Assembly: GCA_963648925.1 (NCBI GenBank)
Contig: CAVJFO010000015.1
Coordinates: forward strand, 117,426 to 181,425
Direction of reading: 5' to 3'
Source of the DNA: Hallerella sp.
GTDB lineage: Bacteria; Bacillota_I; Bacilli_A; RFN20; CAG-826
DNA: 64,000 bases
The notes under the pieces are model-generated. The model had not been told where the DNA came from and did not search any database. It was given only the letters and a program-made list of their open reading frames with translations. The translations under genes and the position numbers were made by a program. Below are positions 31,796 through 42,578 of this stretch, in pieces (within the stretch, counting starts at the first letter, position 1; the number at the start of each line of letters is the position of its first letter).

Positions 31796-32413
31796 ATGCC
31801 CCAATATTTCGACAATGTCGATGGAATGGAACATCAAGATCTAACTATCGAATTTGATATCTTAGATCAACATTACTCCTTTAAAAGTGACAAAGGCGTA
31901 TTCTCGAAAAACAAACTTGATTTTGGAACAAAACTCTTGATTGAGACGATTCTTAAATCCGAAGTTTGCTTGGGCGAAAGAATACTAGACCTTGGGTGTG
32001 GAGCGGGACCGATAGGACTAATCCTCGCTCACCTCGACCCTCTAAGGCAGGTCACGCTTGCCGATGTTAATGAGAGGGCCCTCGAACTTTGCAAGAAAAA
32101 CGCCGAGAAATTAGGCGTTTCTAAGCAAACAGAGATCGTTAATAGCGACGTTTACCTCAACGTACACTCCACCTTTGATACGATAATCTGTAACCCGCCA
32201 ATTAGGGCTGGGAAACGCGTCACTTACCGGATCTACGATGAAGCATCATCACATCTTAATGACAACGGTTCATTAATCATCGTCATAAGAAAAGAGCAAG
32301 GCGCCTTATCCGTGAAAGCACATCTCGAAGAAATCTTCGATAATGTCACGGTATTAGACCGTAAAAAAGGTTATTACATCATTCAATCGTTTAAGAAAAA
32401 GGAGCAGTATTAA
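31796..32413 (+). CDS. Class I SAM-dependent methyltransferase (RsmC/YbxB-like, NPPI motif)
   Basis: Motifs LDLGCGAGPIG and ICNPPI. Same position as B. subtilis ybxB between rplL and rpoB. Stop overlaps the rpoB start (TAATG). Confidence 0.8.
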   Translation: MPQYFDNVDGMEHQDLTIEFDILDQHYSFKSDKGVFSKNKLDFGTKLLIETILKSEVCLGERILDLGCGAGPIGLILAHLDPLRQVTLADVNERALELCKKNAEKLGVSKQTEIVNSDVYLNVHSTFDTIICNPPIRAGKRVTYRIYDEASSHLNDNGSLIIVIRKEQGALSVKAHLEEIFDNVTVLDRKKGYYIIQSFKKKEQY

Positions 32414-35400
32414 TGCCAAACGAAAAACCATTCCTAACTGAATTCCCTGGACCTAATGGTAAAAATTACCCAGTAGGTCTCAACAACCGCGTTAATTTCG
32501 GAAAGATTTCCGGCTCATTGGAATTACCATATTTGGTCGCCGTCCAAACAAAATCTTTCAAGTGGTTCGTTGATAGTGGAATTGACGAAGTCTTTAGAGA
32601 GACTTTCCCAATCGAAAACAACAACAGAACAATTTCTCTTGAGTATGTCAGCTGCCATTTCGAAGAGCCTGAATACAAACCTCTCGAATGCAAAGAAGAA
32701 GATTTGACATATTGCAGCAAATTAAAAGCAACTCTCCGTTTAAAGAATAAAGATACTGGTGAGATGAAAGAATCCGAAGTCTATATGGGCGATGTCCCTA
32801 TGATGACTAATAGCGGTACATTCATCATCAACGGAACAGAGAAAGTCGTTGTTTCCCAAATCATTCGTTCTGCCGGAGCCTATTTTGAGAATCCTAATGA
32901 AAAAGGCATCGAATTCCATGCTGAATTAATTCCTACAAGAGGAACGTGGATTGAATTCGAAAATACCAACAAGAACATCATCTATGTTGATATCGACCAC
33001 TCTCAAAATGCTTCCCATAAACTTTTTGCGCCTGCAATCTTTAAAGCGCTCGGTTTCCAAGAAAGCGATATTACCGAATTATTCGGTGAATCCGAGGCGT
33101 TAGTTAATACGTTAAAGAAAGATGAAGCTAACTCTAATTCCAACTTAGCTTTAATTGAAATCTTCAGAAAATTAAAACCAGGCGAACCAATCACAAAAGA
33201 AGGAACATACAATCTCTTAATTCAACGTTTCTTCGATGACAAACGTTATGATTTAGGCAGAGCTGGCCGTTTCAAACTCACACAAAAATTAGGCATTTAC
33301 GGTCGTTTAGCAGGACGCGTCCTCGCTGAGCCTCTTATTGATGCCGATGGCGAAATCGCCACAAACAAATATGGCGAATTAATGGTCGCAGGATATACGA
33401 TCACAAAAGAAGACGTTCAAAAACTTCGTGATGAAGAATTCTTCGAAAAAGGCGCTATGGAATATGATCTTGCTAGCAAAGTCAATCCTGATTTCGCAAT
33501 CGGATCAACTAAAGTTAACATTGTCAAAGTTCACGCTAAAGACAAGGTTTCCGAAAAGATCGTTAATGTTATCGGCACCTCCCTCGAACTCGAAGGAACG
33601 CTTGATGGCAGCAAGAAACCACTTTTATGCATTGCAATCCCTGATATCGTCGCTTGCTTCTCATATTTTGAGAATATCCGCGATGGCATCGGCTCATTAG
33701 ATGATATTGATAATCTTGGCAACCGCCGCGTTCGTTGCGTTGGCGAATTGCTCCAAAATCAATTCCGCATGGGCCTTACAAAGATGAGCAAGACCATTGT
33801 TCAACGTATGAACACCACGGTCGACTTCTCTGAGGCTAAGCCACAAGCTTTCGTCTCTATCCGCCCATTGACCTCTTCCATCCATGAGTTCTTCAATACG
33901 TCGCAACTCTCCCAATTGATGGACCAAGTCAACCCACTTTCCGAACTTGCCAATAAACGTCGTCTTTCCGCTTTAGGCCCTGGCGGTTTAACCCGTGAAA
34001 GAACAACAATGGCTGTTCGTGACGTTCACGATACCCACTATGGCCGTATCTGCCCTATCGAAACTCCAGAAGGTCAAAACGTCGGTTTAATCAATAACTT
34101 AGCAACCTACGCTAAGATCAACAAATTAGGATTCATCGAAACTCCATATCGTCGTGTCTTCAAATCAACTGACGAGAGCGGCGTTACTCACGTTTATGTT
34201 TCTGATGAAGCTGAATATTTATCAGCAGATGACGAAAGAGGGCTTTATATCGCTGAGGCTAACATGAAAGTTTCCGAACCAATGGAACTTGAATTTGATG
34301 GCCATAAAGAAATCGTCAAAGAAATTCTCGATGATGAAGTCGTCACGCGTCATGATGATGAAAATATCATTGTCAGCAAGGAAATCATCTCCTACGTCGA
34401 CGTTTCTCCAAAACAAATCGTCTCTGTTGCTGCATCTTGTATTCCATTCCTTGAACACGATGACTCTACTCGTGCTCTTATGGGTGCGAACATGCAACGT
34501 CAGGCCCTCCCATTACTTCAACCAGAACTTCCTTATGTCGGAACTGGTATGGAAAGAAATGTTGCTCATGACTCTGGTTTAGCGGTTGTCGCAAGAGCCG
34601 ATGGTGAGGTCACCTATATCGATAGCACAGAAATCACCATTAAAGAGGAAGAAGGAGAACATACATATTTCTTACGTAAGTTCGAAGGAACCAACCAAGG
34701 AACATGTATCAATCAAACTCCAATCGTCCATGTTGGCGATCACGTTAAAGAAGGCGATGTCATTGCTGACGGTCCATCCATGAAGAATGGCGAATTAGCC
34801 TTAGGACACAACCTCCTTATCGCTTATATGACTTGGAACGGCTACAACTACGAAGACGCCGTTATCATGTCTGAAAACATGATCAAGAATGACACATATA
34901 CTTCAATCCACATCGAAGTTTATGATGTCGAATGCCGTGAAATCAAAGGTGGCGACTCTGAAGAAATCACCCGCGATATTCCAAACGTTGGCGAAGATCA
35001 CAAGAAATATCTTGATGAAAGAGGAATTATCATTCCTGGCGCAGAAGTTAAAGAAGGAGACATCCTTGTCGGTAAGACCACGCCAAAAGGCCGTGTGGAT
35101 CCATCCCCAGAAGAAAAACTTCTCATGTCCATTTTCGCTGAGAAGGTCAATGACGCTAAAGATACATCCTTACGCGTCCCTCATGGCGGACAAGGTATTG
35201 TCTTAAAGGTCAAATGCTTCTCCCGTCGTCATAAAGACCCTCTTGCTCCTGGCGTTATTGAAAAAATCAGAGTCTACATCATTCAAAAGAGAAAGATCTC
35301 CGAAGGTGACAAGATGTCTGGACGTCACGGTAACAAAGGTGTTATCTCTAAAATCTTACCAGTCGAGGATATGCCATTCTTACCAGATGGTACACCAATC

Positions 35401-36195
35401 GACATGATGCTTTCTCCAATGGGTGTTCCTTCACGTATGAACATCGGTCAGGTATTCGAGGTTCAACTCGGACTTGCTTGCCGTAAACTCAATATGCGCG
35501 TTGCTACCCCAGTATTCGACGGTTTAACATCAGACGAAATCGCCGAACTCATGAAGATGGCAGGCCTTTCTAGCGATGGAAAGACAATTCTATATGATGG
35601 ACAAACTGGTGAGCGTTATCCAGAACGTATCGCTGTCGGTGTCCAGTACATGATCAAACTCAACCACATGGTTGATGATAAATTACACGCTCGTAGCGTC
35701 GGACCATACAGCTTAATCACCTTGCAACCTCTTGGTGGTAAGGCTCAAAACGGCGGTCAGCGTTTCGGTGAGATGGAAGTCTGGGCTCTTGAAGCCTATG
35801 GCGCAGCCCATACTCTCCAAGAAATGATGACAGTCAAATCTGATGACCGCGTCGGAAGAAGAAAAACTTACGAAGCAATCATCAAAGGAAACGCTCTTCC
35901 AAAATCAAGCATGCCTGAAGCCTTCAAGGTTCTCACAAAAGAACTCAAGGGACTTTGCATGGAAGTCTCTCTCTTCGACAAAGAAGGAGAAAAGATTGAC
36001 ATGGATAACCTTGTCAAAGACGCCTTGGTTGAGGAAAGAAAGACCAATTCTGCTATCCGCAACTTCTCTAGCGCCCGCAACAACAATCAACAAGAAGAAG
36101 ATTCCTTCGAAGAACCTACTTCAGTTACCGATGTTATGGAAGCTGTCTCAGAAGAAGGACTTAGCGTCACAAGCAGCATTAGTCACAATGATTAA
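32413..36195 (+). CDS. rpoB: DNA-directed RNA polymerase subunit beta
   Basis: Full set of conserved beta-subunit regions. Acidic C-terminal tail. Confidence 0.98.
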   Translation: MPNEKPFLTEFPGPNGKNYPVGLNNRVNFGKISGSLELPYLVAVQTKSFKWFVDSGIDEVFRETFPIENNNRTISLEYVSCHFEEPEYKPLECKEEDLTYCSKLKATLRLKNKDTGEMKESEVYMGDVPMMTNSGTFIINGTEKVVVSQIIRSAGAYFENPNEKGIEFHAELIPTRGTWIEFENTNKNIIYVDIDHSQNASHKLFAPAIFKALGFQESDITELFGESEALVNTLKKDEANSNSNLALIEIFRKLKPGEPITKEGTYNLLIQRFFDDKRYDLGRAGRFKLTQKLGIYGRLAGRVLAEPLIDADGEIATNKYGELMVAGYTITKEDVQKLRDEEFFEKGAMEYDLASKVNPDFAIGSTKVNIVKVHAKDKVSEKIVNVIGTSLELEGTLDGSKKPLLCIAIPDIVACFSYFENIRDGIGSLDDIDNLGNRRVRCVGELLQNQFRMGLTKMSKTIVQRMNTTVDFSEAKPQAFVSIRPLTSSIHEFFNTSQLSQLMDQVNPLSELANKRRLSALGPGGLTRERTTMAVRDVHDTHYGRICPIETPEGQNVGLINNLATYAKINKLGFIETPYRRVFKSTDESGVTHVYVSDEAEYLSADDERGLYIAEANMKVSEPMELEFDGHKEIVKEILDDEVVTRHDDENIIVSKEIISYVDVSPKQIVSVAASCIPFLEHDDSTRALMGANMQRQALPLLQPELPYVGTGMERNVAHDSGLAVVARADGEVTYIDSTEITIKEEEGEHTYFLRKFEGTNQGTCINQTPIVHVGDHVKEGDVIADGPSMKNGELALGHNLLIAYMTWNGYNYEDAVIMSENMIKNDTYTSIHIEVYDVECREIKGGDSEEITRDIPNVGEDHKKYLDERGIIIPGAEVKEGDILVGKTTPKGRVDPSPEEKLLMSIFAEKVNDAKDTSLRVPHGGQGIVLKVKCFSRRHKDPLAPGVIEKIRVYIIQKRKISEGDKMSGRHGNKGVISKILPVEDMPFLPDGTPIDMMLSPMGVPSRMNIGQVFEVQLGLACRKLNMRVATPVFDGLTSDEIAELMKMAGLSSDGKTILYDGQTGERYPERIAVGVQYMIKLNHMVDDKLHARSVGPYSLITLQPLGGKAQNGGQRFGEMEVWALEAYGAAHTLQEMMTVKSDDRVGRRKTYEAIIKGNALPKSSMPEAFKVLTKELKGLCMEVSLFDKEGEKIDMDNLVKDALVEERKTNSAIRNFSSARNNNQQEEDSFEEPTSVTDVMEAVSEEGLSVTSSISHND

Positions 36196-36214
36196 TTAGG
36201 AGGAAGAAAGAATT

Positions 36215-39200
36215 ATGTTTGATGTAAACAATTTAGCCGCAATGCAAGTCGGACTTGCTTCCCCAGATACAATCCGTGGCTGGTCACATGGCGAAGTCAT
36301 TAACTCCGAAACGATCAACTACCGTTCCCATAAACCGGAATTTGGTGGTTTATTCTGCGAACAAATCTTTGGTCCTGTGAAGGATTATGAATGTTCTTGC
36401 GGAAAATACAAAAAGATGAGATACCAAGGCACGACATGTGAAAAATGTCACGTCGAGGTTATTTCCAAAGAGTGGAGAAGAGAGAGATTCGGTCATATCG
36501 AACTCGTCTCTCCTTGCACCCACATCTGGTATTTGAAAGGTATTCCTTCCCGTATTGGATTACTTCTTGATATGTCTCCAAAAGAGCTTGAAGAAGTTGT
36601 CTATTTCGCAGGCCACCTTTGCCTTAATCCAGGTACTTTAGGTTTTGATGAAAATGGTGTCGCAAAACCATTCGACAAATTAAAGAAAAAGCAATTCTTC
36701 AACGATTCCCCAGCTAGCAGAGAAGCTTTCGTTGCAGCTATCCAAGCAATCCAACAAAGCGGAGAAATCATCGAAGATAGCGCTGATGATTACAAAGCAA
36801 AAGAAATCATTCAACGTTTACAAAACGCCAATGAAACATTTGACTTTGCATCAACCTCAGCCTTCGTTGCTAAATACACCGATGCTGAGTTTGGCGAAGG
36901 CGCAGCAGCCGTCAAACGCTTGCTTAGCGAAGTTAACTTAGACGAAGAATTCAATATTCTTTCCGAAAAAGTTAAAACCGAAAAAGGCCAAATCCGTTTG
37001 AAAGATGCTAAGAGACTCGAAGTTGTCGAGGCTTTCCGCAATTCTAATCAAAAACCTGAATGGATGGTTCTTGATGTAATCCCTGTGATTCCACCAGAGC
37101 TCCGTCCAATGCTTCAACTCGATGGCGGACGTTTCACCGATTCTGATATCAACGATTTATATCGTCGTGTCATCATCCGTAACACACGTTTGAAGAAATT
37201 AATTGAAAACAATGCTCCTAGCGTCATTCTTTGCAATGAAAAACGTATGCTTCAGGAAGCCGTTGACGCTTTAATCGACAACGGACGCCGTGGCAAACCA
37301 ACAGTTGGCAAAAATGGCCGTGAACTCAAATCCCTTTCTAGCGGATTAAGAGGTAAGCAAGGTCGCTTTAGACAAAACTTACTCGGTAAGCGTGTCGACT
37401 TCTCTGGTCGTTCGGTTATCGCAGTCGGTCCAAATCTTAAGATGTATCAATGCGGTCTTCCACGCGAGATGGCCGTCCAACTCTTACGTCCATTCATTTC
37501 TGCCATTCTCTTAAAGAGAGGCATTGTTACTGCTCATAGACAAGCTGATAAGCTTATCGATGCATATGATCCAAAGGTTTATGACATCGTTGAAGAGATC
37601 ATCGGACAACACCCAGTTCTCCTTAACCGTGCTCCAACCCTTCACCGTCTTTCCATCCAAGCTTTCCAACCTGTCTTAGTTGACGGACACGCTATCCGTT
37701 TACACCCACTCGTTTGCCCTGGCTTCAACGCCGACTTCGACGGTGACCAGATGGCTGTTCACGTTCCTCTTGGAAAAGCGGCACAATCTGAGGCACTTAA
37801 CCTCATGCTCGCATCCAATAACATCCTTGGTCCAAAAGATGGCAAAACAGTCGTCGTTCCTGGACAGGATATGGTCTTAGGCAACTACTATCTCACAGCC
37901 GAAGAATCAATCGTTGATATGCTCAACCGCGCGAAAGATCTTCGCAAGGTCACAGTCTATGACGAAGCTGAGAAAATCGCTAACGAGAAGGCTGCCCTCC
38001 AACAAGAAACATTTGCTAAAGAAGAAGGAAAGATCTTCGGCTCTGTCACATCAGTTCTCGAAGCATACGAAACTGGATCAGTTCAAATCCACACTCGTAT
38101 TGTCATTCCTGCTAAAGCAATCCATAAGACATTCGGCGATGATTTAAATGAATTTGCCCTTCCAAAGGATGTTGAGAATAAATATCTCATCACAACAGTT
38201 GGTAAGGTCATCTTTAATGAAATCTTCCCTGATGACTTTGTCTATATCAACTGCAACAAGCCAGCATCAATCAACCGTGAAATAATCGAATCTTGGTTCG
38301 TTTCTCCTGCTGATGTTCAAAAAGAACACGATGCTCTTGAAGCAAAGATTGGCTCTCTCTCTGATGAAGACGCAATCAAATTCATCGTTGAGAACTACTT
38401 CATGAAACAGGATAAGAAGACTGGAAAACTTGTCTACATTGATGAACACTACAGAGATTCTGACTATCCTGAACTCGCTAAGATTGCCTTAGCCTTCCAT
38501 AAAGATGGCAACAATCTTTCCGAACATATCTGCTTAACAAACCTCTTTACTGGTATTGGCAAGAAAGATATCGGCGCCCTTATCGATATGGTCTTCCATA
38601 AATACGATATGAAAGACGAAGATAGAGTCGAACCAAAACCATGTAAGACATCCGCGATCTTAGATAAGATCAAAGACCAAGGCTTCAAATATTCAACAAT
38701 CTCCTCAGTTACAATCGCCCTTTCTGATATTAAAGATATTAAGAATAAAGACGGATACGTTGCTGAAGGTCAAAAGAAGGTTGAAGCAATCAATAACGCA
38801 TATCAACTCGGTTACATCGAAAACGAAGAACGTTACAAGCAAGTTTGTAAGGTTTGGACAAATGTCACTGACCAAGTCGCAAAAGAAGTCGCGGCTTACA
38901 TGAAGAAAGATAACCGTAACCCATTGATCATCATGGCCGACTCTGGCGCTCGTGGATCCTTGGATAACTTCAAACAGTTAATCGGTATGAAGGGCTTAGT
39001 CTCCAACCCTAAGAACGAGGCTATTGAACTTCCTATTATTTCTTCCTATCGTTCTGGCGTTAAGGTCAACGAATTCTTCATCAACACCCACGGTGCTCGT
39101 AAGGGTGGAGCTGATACAGCCTTAAAGACTGCTGACTCTGGTTACCTTACAAGACGTCTTGTTGACGTTTCTCAAGACGTTATCGTTCGTGAAGATGATT

Positions 39201-40447
39201 GCCATTGCGATCACGGATATAAAGTCCGCAAGATCGAAAAGGCTTCATCAACTGGCGGTGAGGCAAAAGTTATTGCTTCCCTCTCTTCTCGTATTAACGG
39301 CCGTTATGCCATGCACGATATCATTGACCCATCAACTGGCGAAATCATCGTTTGTGGCAACACCTTGATCCATGAAGATGAAGCTAAAGCCATTGAAAAG
39401 GCTGGCATTGAAGAGGTCGAAATCCGTTCCATCTTCACTTGCCAAACAAAAGAAGGCGTTTGCCGTCATTGTTATGGTCTTAACATGGCAACCGGACATC
39501 TTGTCCAACTTGGCGAAGCTGTCGGTATTATGGCTGCTCAATCAATTGGTGAACCTGGTACACAGCTCACCATGCGTGTCTTCCACACTGGTGGTATGGC
39601 TGGTGAAGATATCACTTCCGGTCTTCCACGTGTTCAAGAACTTGTTGAAGCCCGTAATCCAAAAGGACAAGCTATCATCGCTAAATTCGCTGGTAAAGTC
39701 TCTGACATTACCAACAACCCAGATGGTTCACAAGCTATCACTGTCGTTTCTTTAGCTGGCCCAACAGTCGAAAACCCTGTTACCGAAGCTGCAGTTTACG
39801 AAATCCCACGTAATACGAAACTTGCCGATGGCATCGTTAAAGGTGCTACAGTCGAAGCAGGCGGACTCATTACAAAAGGATCTAAGAAACTTCAAGATCT
39901 CCTTGAATACACAGACGTTGAAACAGTTGAAACGTATATGTTAAAGGAAATCAAATCGGTTTACGCCTCCCAAGGTATCGAACTTTCCGATAAACACCTT
40001 GAGATTGTCATCCGTCAAATGTTACGTAAGATGTTCATCAATGATTCTGGAGACACAAAACTCTTACCAGGAACAAGAGTCGACATCGATCGTTACACGG
40101 AAGCCAACCAAGAAGCACTCGTCAATGGCTTACACCCAGCAGTTGGTCGCCCATTGATCCTTGGTATCACCAAAGCCGCATTAGAGACCGAATCCTTCCT
40201 CTCGGCCGCATCCTTCCAAGAAACCAACCGCGTTCTTACCGACGCTGCCATTAAGGCAAAACGCGATAACCTCCACGGTTTGAAAGAGAATGTCATCACT
40301 GGCAAACTCATTCCTACTGGTTCTGGATTATTCACCGAAGAAGAAGAGAAAGCCCACCTTAGCAACTTCGACGTCTTATCTAAGATGAAAGAAGTTAAGG
40401 CTCAATACGTTGAGGCTCACGACCGTAAAGACAGCATTGCTGACTAA
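36215..40447 (+). CDS. rpoC: DNA-directed RNA polymerase subunit beta' (1410 aa, with lineage-specific insertions)
   Basis: Zn finger CX2C...CX2C, the NADFDGDQM catalytic loop, and trigger-loop and bridge-helix regions. Confidence 0.98.
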   Translation: MFDVNNLAAMQVGLASPDTIRGWSHGEVINSETINYRSHKPEFGGLFCEQIFGPVKDYECSCGKYKKMRYQGTTCEKCHVEVISKEWRRERFGHIELVSPCTHIWYLKGIPSRIGLLLDMSPKELEEVVYFAGHLCLNPGTLGFDENGVAKPFDKLKKKQFFNDSPASREAFVAAIQAIQQSGEIIEDSADDYKAKEIIQRLQNANETFDFASTSAFVAKYTDAEFGEGAAAVKRLLSEVNLDEEFNILSEKVKTEKGQIRLKDAKRLEVVEAFRNSNQKPEWMVLDVIPVIPPELRPMLQLDGGRFTDSDINDLYRRVIIRNTRLKKLIENNAPSVILCNEKRMLQEAVDALIDNGRRGKPTVGKNGRELKSLSSGLRGKQGRFRQNLLGKRVDFSGRSVIAVGPNLKMYQCGLPREMAVQLLRPFISAILLKRGIVTAHRQADKLIDAYDPKVYDIVEEIIGQHPVLLNRAPTLHRLSIQAFQPVLVDGHAIRLHPLVCPGFNADFDGDQMAVHVPLGKAAQSEALNLMLASNNILGPKDGKTVVVPGQDMVLGNYYLTAEESIVDMLNRAKDLRKVTVYDEAEKIANEKAALQQETFAKEEGKIFGSVTSVLEAYETGSVQIHTRIVIPAKAIHKTFGDDLNEFALPKDVENKYLITTVGKVIFNEIFPDDFVYINCNKPASINREIIESWFVSPADVQKEHDALEAKIGSLSDEDAIKFIVENYFMKQDKKTGKLVYIDEHYRDSDYPELAKIALAFHKDGNNLSEHICLTNLFTGIGKKDIGALIDMVFHKYDMKDEDRVEPKPCKTSAILDKIKDQGFKYSTISSVTIALSDIKDIKNKDGYVAEGQKKVEAINNAYQLGYIENEERYKQVCKVWTNVTDQVAKEVAAYMKKDNRNPLIIMADSGARGSLDNFKQLIGMKGLVSNPKNEAIELPIISSYRSGVKVNEFFINTHGARKGGADTALKTADSGYLTRRLVDVSQDVIVREDDCHCDHGYKVRKIEKASSTGGEAKVIASLSSRINGRYAMHDIIDPSTGEIIVCGNTLIHEDEAKAIEKAGIEEVEIRSIFTCQTKEGVCRHCYGLNMATGHLVQLGEAVGIMAAQSIGEPGTQLTMRVFHTGGMAGEDITSGLPRVQELVEARNPKGQAIIAKFAGKVSDITNNPDGSQAITVVSLAGPTVENPVTEAAVYEIPRNTKLADGIVKGATVEAGGLITKGSKKLQDLLEYTDVETVETYMLKEIKSVYASQGIELSDKHLEIVIRQMLRKMFINDSGDTKLLPGTRVDIDRYTEANQEALVNGLHPAVGRPLILGITKAALETESFLSAASFQETNRVLTDAAIKAKRDNLHGLKENVITGKLIPTGSGLFTEEEEKAHLSNFDVLSKMKEVKAQYVEAHDRKDSIAD

Positions 40448-40464
40448 GGTCAAATAATAAAATT

Positions 40465-40499
40465 AAGCGTAGTTATCGTTAAGGTAGCTACGCTTTTTG
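40465..40499 (+). terminator. Rho-independent terminator after rpoC
   Basis: 8-bp stem AAGCGTAG/CTACGCTT followed by TTTTTG. Confidence 0.65.
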
Positions 40500-40514
40500 T
40501 TATGCTCAGAAATT

Positions 40515-40540
40515 TAAAAAAGGCCCTAAGGCCTTGAATG
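40515..40540 (-). terminator. Terminator of the minus-strand GT2 gene
   Basis: AGGCC-CTAA-GGCCT hairpin followed, on the minus strand, by a U6 tract. Confidence 0.6.
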
Positions 40541-40549
40541 TAAATAAAA

Positions 40550-42244
40550 TTATTTCTTGCTTTGTATGAATTCTATCCCGCCCATCACAAAGAATGGATT
40601 TAGATTCAATATGCCAAGAATGATCGTTATAACTCCAACCGTTTTCTTTTTATAGTTAGCAATTAATATGCCAACCATTATAAGGCTGAATAATGTCCAT
40701 AAGAAGACGGCAATAGAAGGAATCAATAAAGGATCGGCCCAAAGAAGATATTCCTTGAATGGGTTGTCTTTTCTTGCGTATACGGCTGCAAGTAAGAAGA
40801 CAAGCGAGATAGCCATTAAGACTATTTGATATATCGCGCCAATCTTATAGTTCTTGCTGAAATCACTTTTCTTTTTCTTTTCTTCTTCCTTTGAAAGCTC
40901 ACTGCCATCCTTAACAAAATGGTGATCAATATGTTTCCATTCAGGATTTTTGAAAGCAGAAACGGCGGAGAAGATCGGATCCATCAATGTATATAAAGGG
41001 AACAAGAAGGAGTAGAAAAATATTTTATGCCATGGCAACAAAATATGTTTCCACTCTTTGATGATAACTAGGATGTTATGCAAGAAAGACCCAAGATACA
41101 ATCCGCCAATAACACCTATCCAATAATTAAGGACGCTCATCCAAGTAAAGCTTTCATCTCCAACGATAAAGAATAAGGCTAAGACGGTTATTTGATATAT
41201 AGCAGTAATCCAAAAAGTAAGGAAAGAATAAGGGAAAGTTTGGAAGAAAATGTCATACTTAGACCATGATGGCTTTTTGAAGAAAGACTTAATCATCACC
41301 CAAGCATAACGGTTAAAGGCGATAAGTCCCCCTCTTGCCCATCTAATTCTTTGTCGCCAAAGAAGTTTGAATGTCGTTGGTTGCTCTTCATAGAATACAG
41401 CCTCTTCGGTGAACCCCGTCTTATAGTTATTAGATGTTAAATCAAGCAATGTTTCGATATCTTCAGTAAGTGAGACCCATTTCCATCCATCTTTTAATAA
41501 GTAAGATCTTAATGTTGTGGAAGGACCGTACATTTCTTGATTGCAGTTTAAGACTTGTCTAGGTCTAAGACCATCTAAAGAATGGGCGAAAGCTTGAATG
41601 CCACACATCGAAGAGATCCAATTTTCCGAAAGATTCTTCGTGTTTCTATAGGCGATACATTCATCAACCCCGCTGTATTGAAGATAATTATTGATTTTGC
41701 TTATGTAATCTGGGGCTGGAACATTATCGGCATCTAATGTCGTAAAAGCGTAGTATTGATTTATATCAACATCTTTTTTAATTTGTGAGACCAAATACCT
41801 TAAGCCATAACCTTTCGAACGCTCGTTAGGGTTATTGTGATAATAAACAAAGGCGCCACGTTCTTTAGCGATTTCTCCGGTCTTATCAGTGCAATTATCG
41901 GCGCAAACATATATATCGATTAATTCTTGAGGGTAATCCATGCTGCGGATTGAGTCGATAAGATTCCCAATAACTAATTCCTCATTCCATGCCGTAATTA
42001 TGAAAGCGTATTTCTTATCCTTTGGCATTTCAGGGTATTTCTTCGGCTTGCTGAATAAACCAATAACGATATAAACGCTTTTATAGGCAACAAGAACTCC
42101 TAGAAACAAAAATAAAGACGAAAATATAACTTGAACATAACCTTGAGCGGGAATCGGTTGATTATTTTCTATGGCGTTCATGATTAAATCGATGCCTAAA
42201 AAAGAATAGAACCATTTAGCTATTGCTTCCCAAAATTGTTCCAT
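40550..42244 (-). CDS. Processive family-2 glycosyltransferase, membrane-embedded polysaccharide synthase (D, DxD and QxxRW motifs)
   Basis: N-terminal 2 TM, GT-A catalytic domain (TLDADN, QRIRWARG) and a C-terminal TM bundle, resembling BcsA/PgaC/HasA-type synthases. GAGGT RBS 7 nt before ATG 42244. Confidence 0.8.
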   Translation of the reverse strand: MEQFWEAIAKWFYSFLGIDLIMNAIENNQPIPAQGYVQVIFSSLFLFLGVLVAYKSVYIVIGLFSKPKKYPEMPKDKKYAFIITAWNEELVIGNLIDSIRSMDYPQELIDIYVCADNCTDKTGEIAKERGAFVYYHNNPNERSKGYGLRYLVSQIKKDVDINQYYAFTTLDADNVPAPDYISKINNYLQYSGVDECIAYRNTKNLSENWISSMCGIQAFAHSLDGLRPRQVLNCNQEMYGPSTTLRSYLLKDGWKWVSLTEDIETLLDLTSNNYKTGFTEEAVFYEEQPTTFKLLWRQRIRWARGGLIAFNRYAWVMIKSFFKKPSWSKYDIFFQTFPYSFLTFWITAIYQITVLALFFIVGDESFTWMSVLNYWIGVIGGLYLGSFLHNILVIIKEWKHILLPWHKIFFYSFLFPLYTLMDPIFSAVSAFKNPEWKHIDHHFVKDGSELSKEEEKKKKSDFSKNYKIGAIYQIVLMAISLVFLLAAVYARKDNPFKEYLLWADPLLIPSIAVFLWTLFSLIMVGILIANYKKKTVGVITIILGILNLNPFFVMGGIEFIQSKK

Positions 42245-42461
42245 AAACAAAACCTCACAGCAATTGAGTTGATTATAACAAAACATATATTTTTAATAAA
42301 GATTTAAAGAATAATAAAACTTATTAATATATAAGAAGATACCTATTAGAAAGAAAAGGCGCACGAAATTGTTAAAATTGAAAAATATTTGCAAAATTTA
42401 AAATCTTTTTCGAATAATTCGTTAGTGTTTTTAAAGCACACTTAACCCAGTGTATCAAAAT

Positions 42462-42506
42462 TGATATAATTTCGATGTTGACAAGACTTTTTATGGGAAG
42501 TAAACT
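42462..42506 (+). promoter_or_regulatory. str operon promoter region (extended -10 TGATATAAT; TTGACA-17-TAAACT)
   Basis: Two overlapping consensus-like promoters within 100 nt upstream of rpsL. Confidence 0.5.
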
Positions 42507-42578
42507 TTTCGAGCATGTGAGAAGGGCGATGACCCTTTTTTCACGAATGCGTATACTCGTAAAGGAGAATAGGACAAA

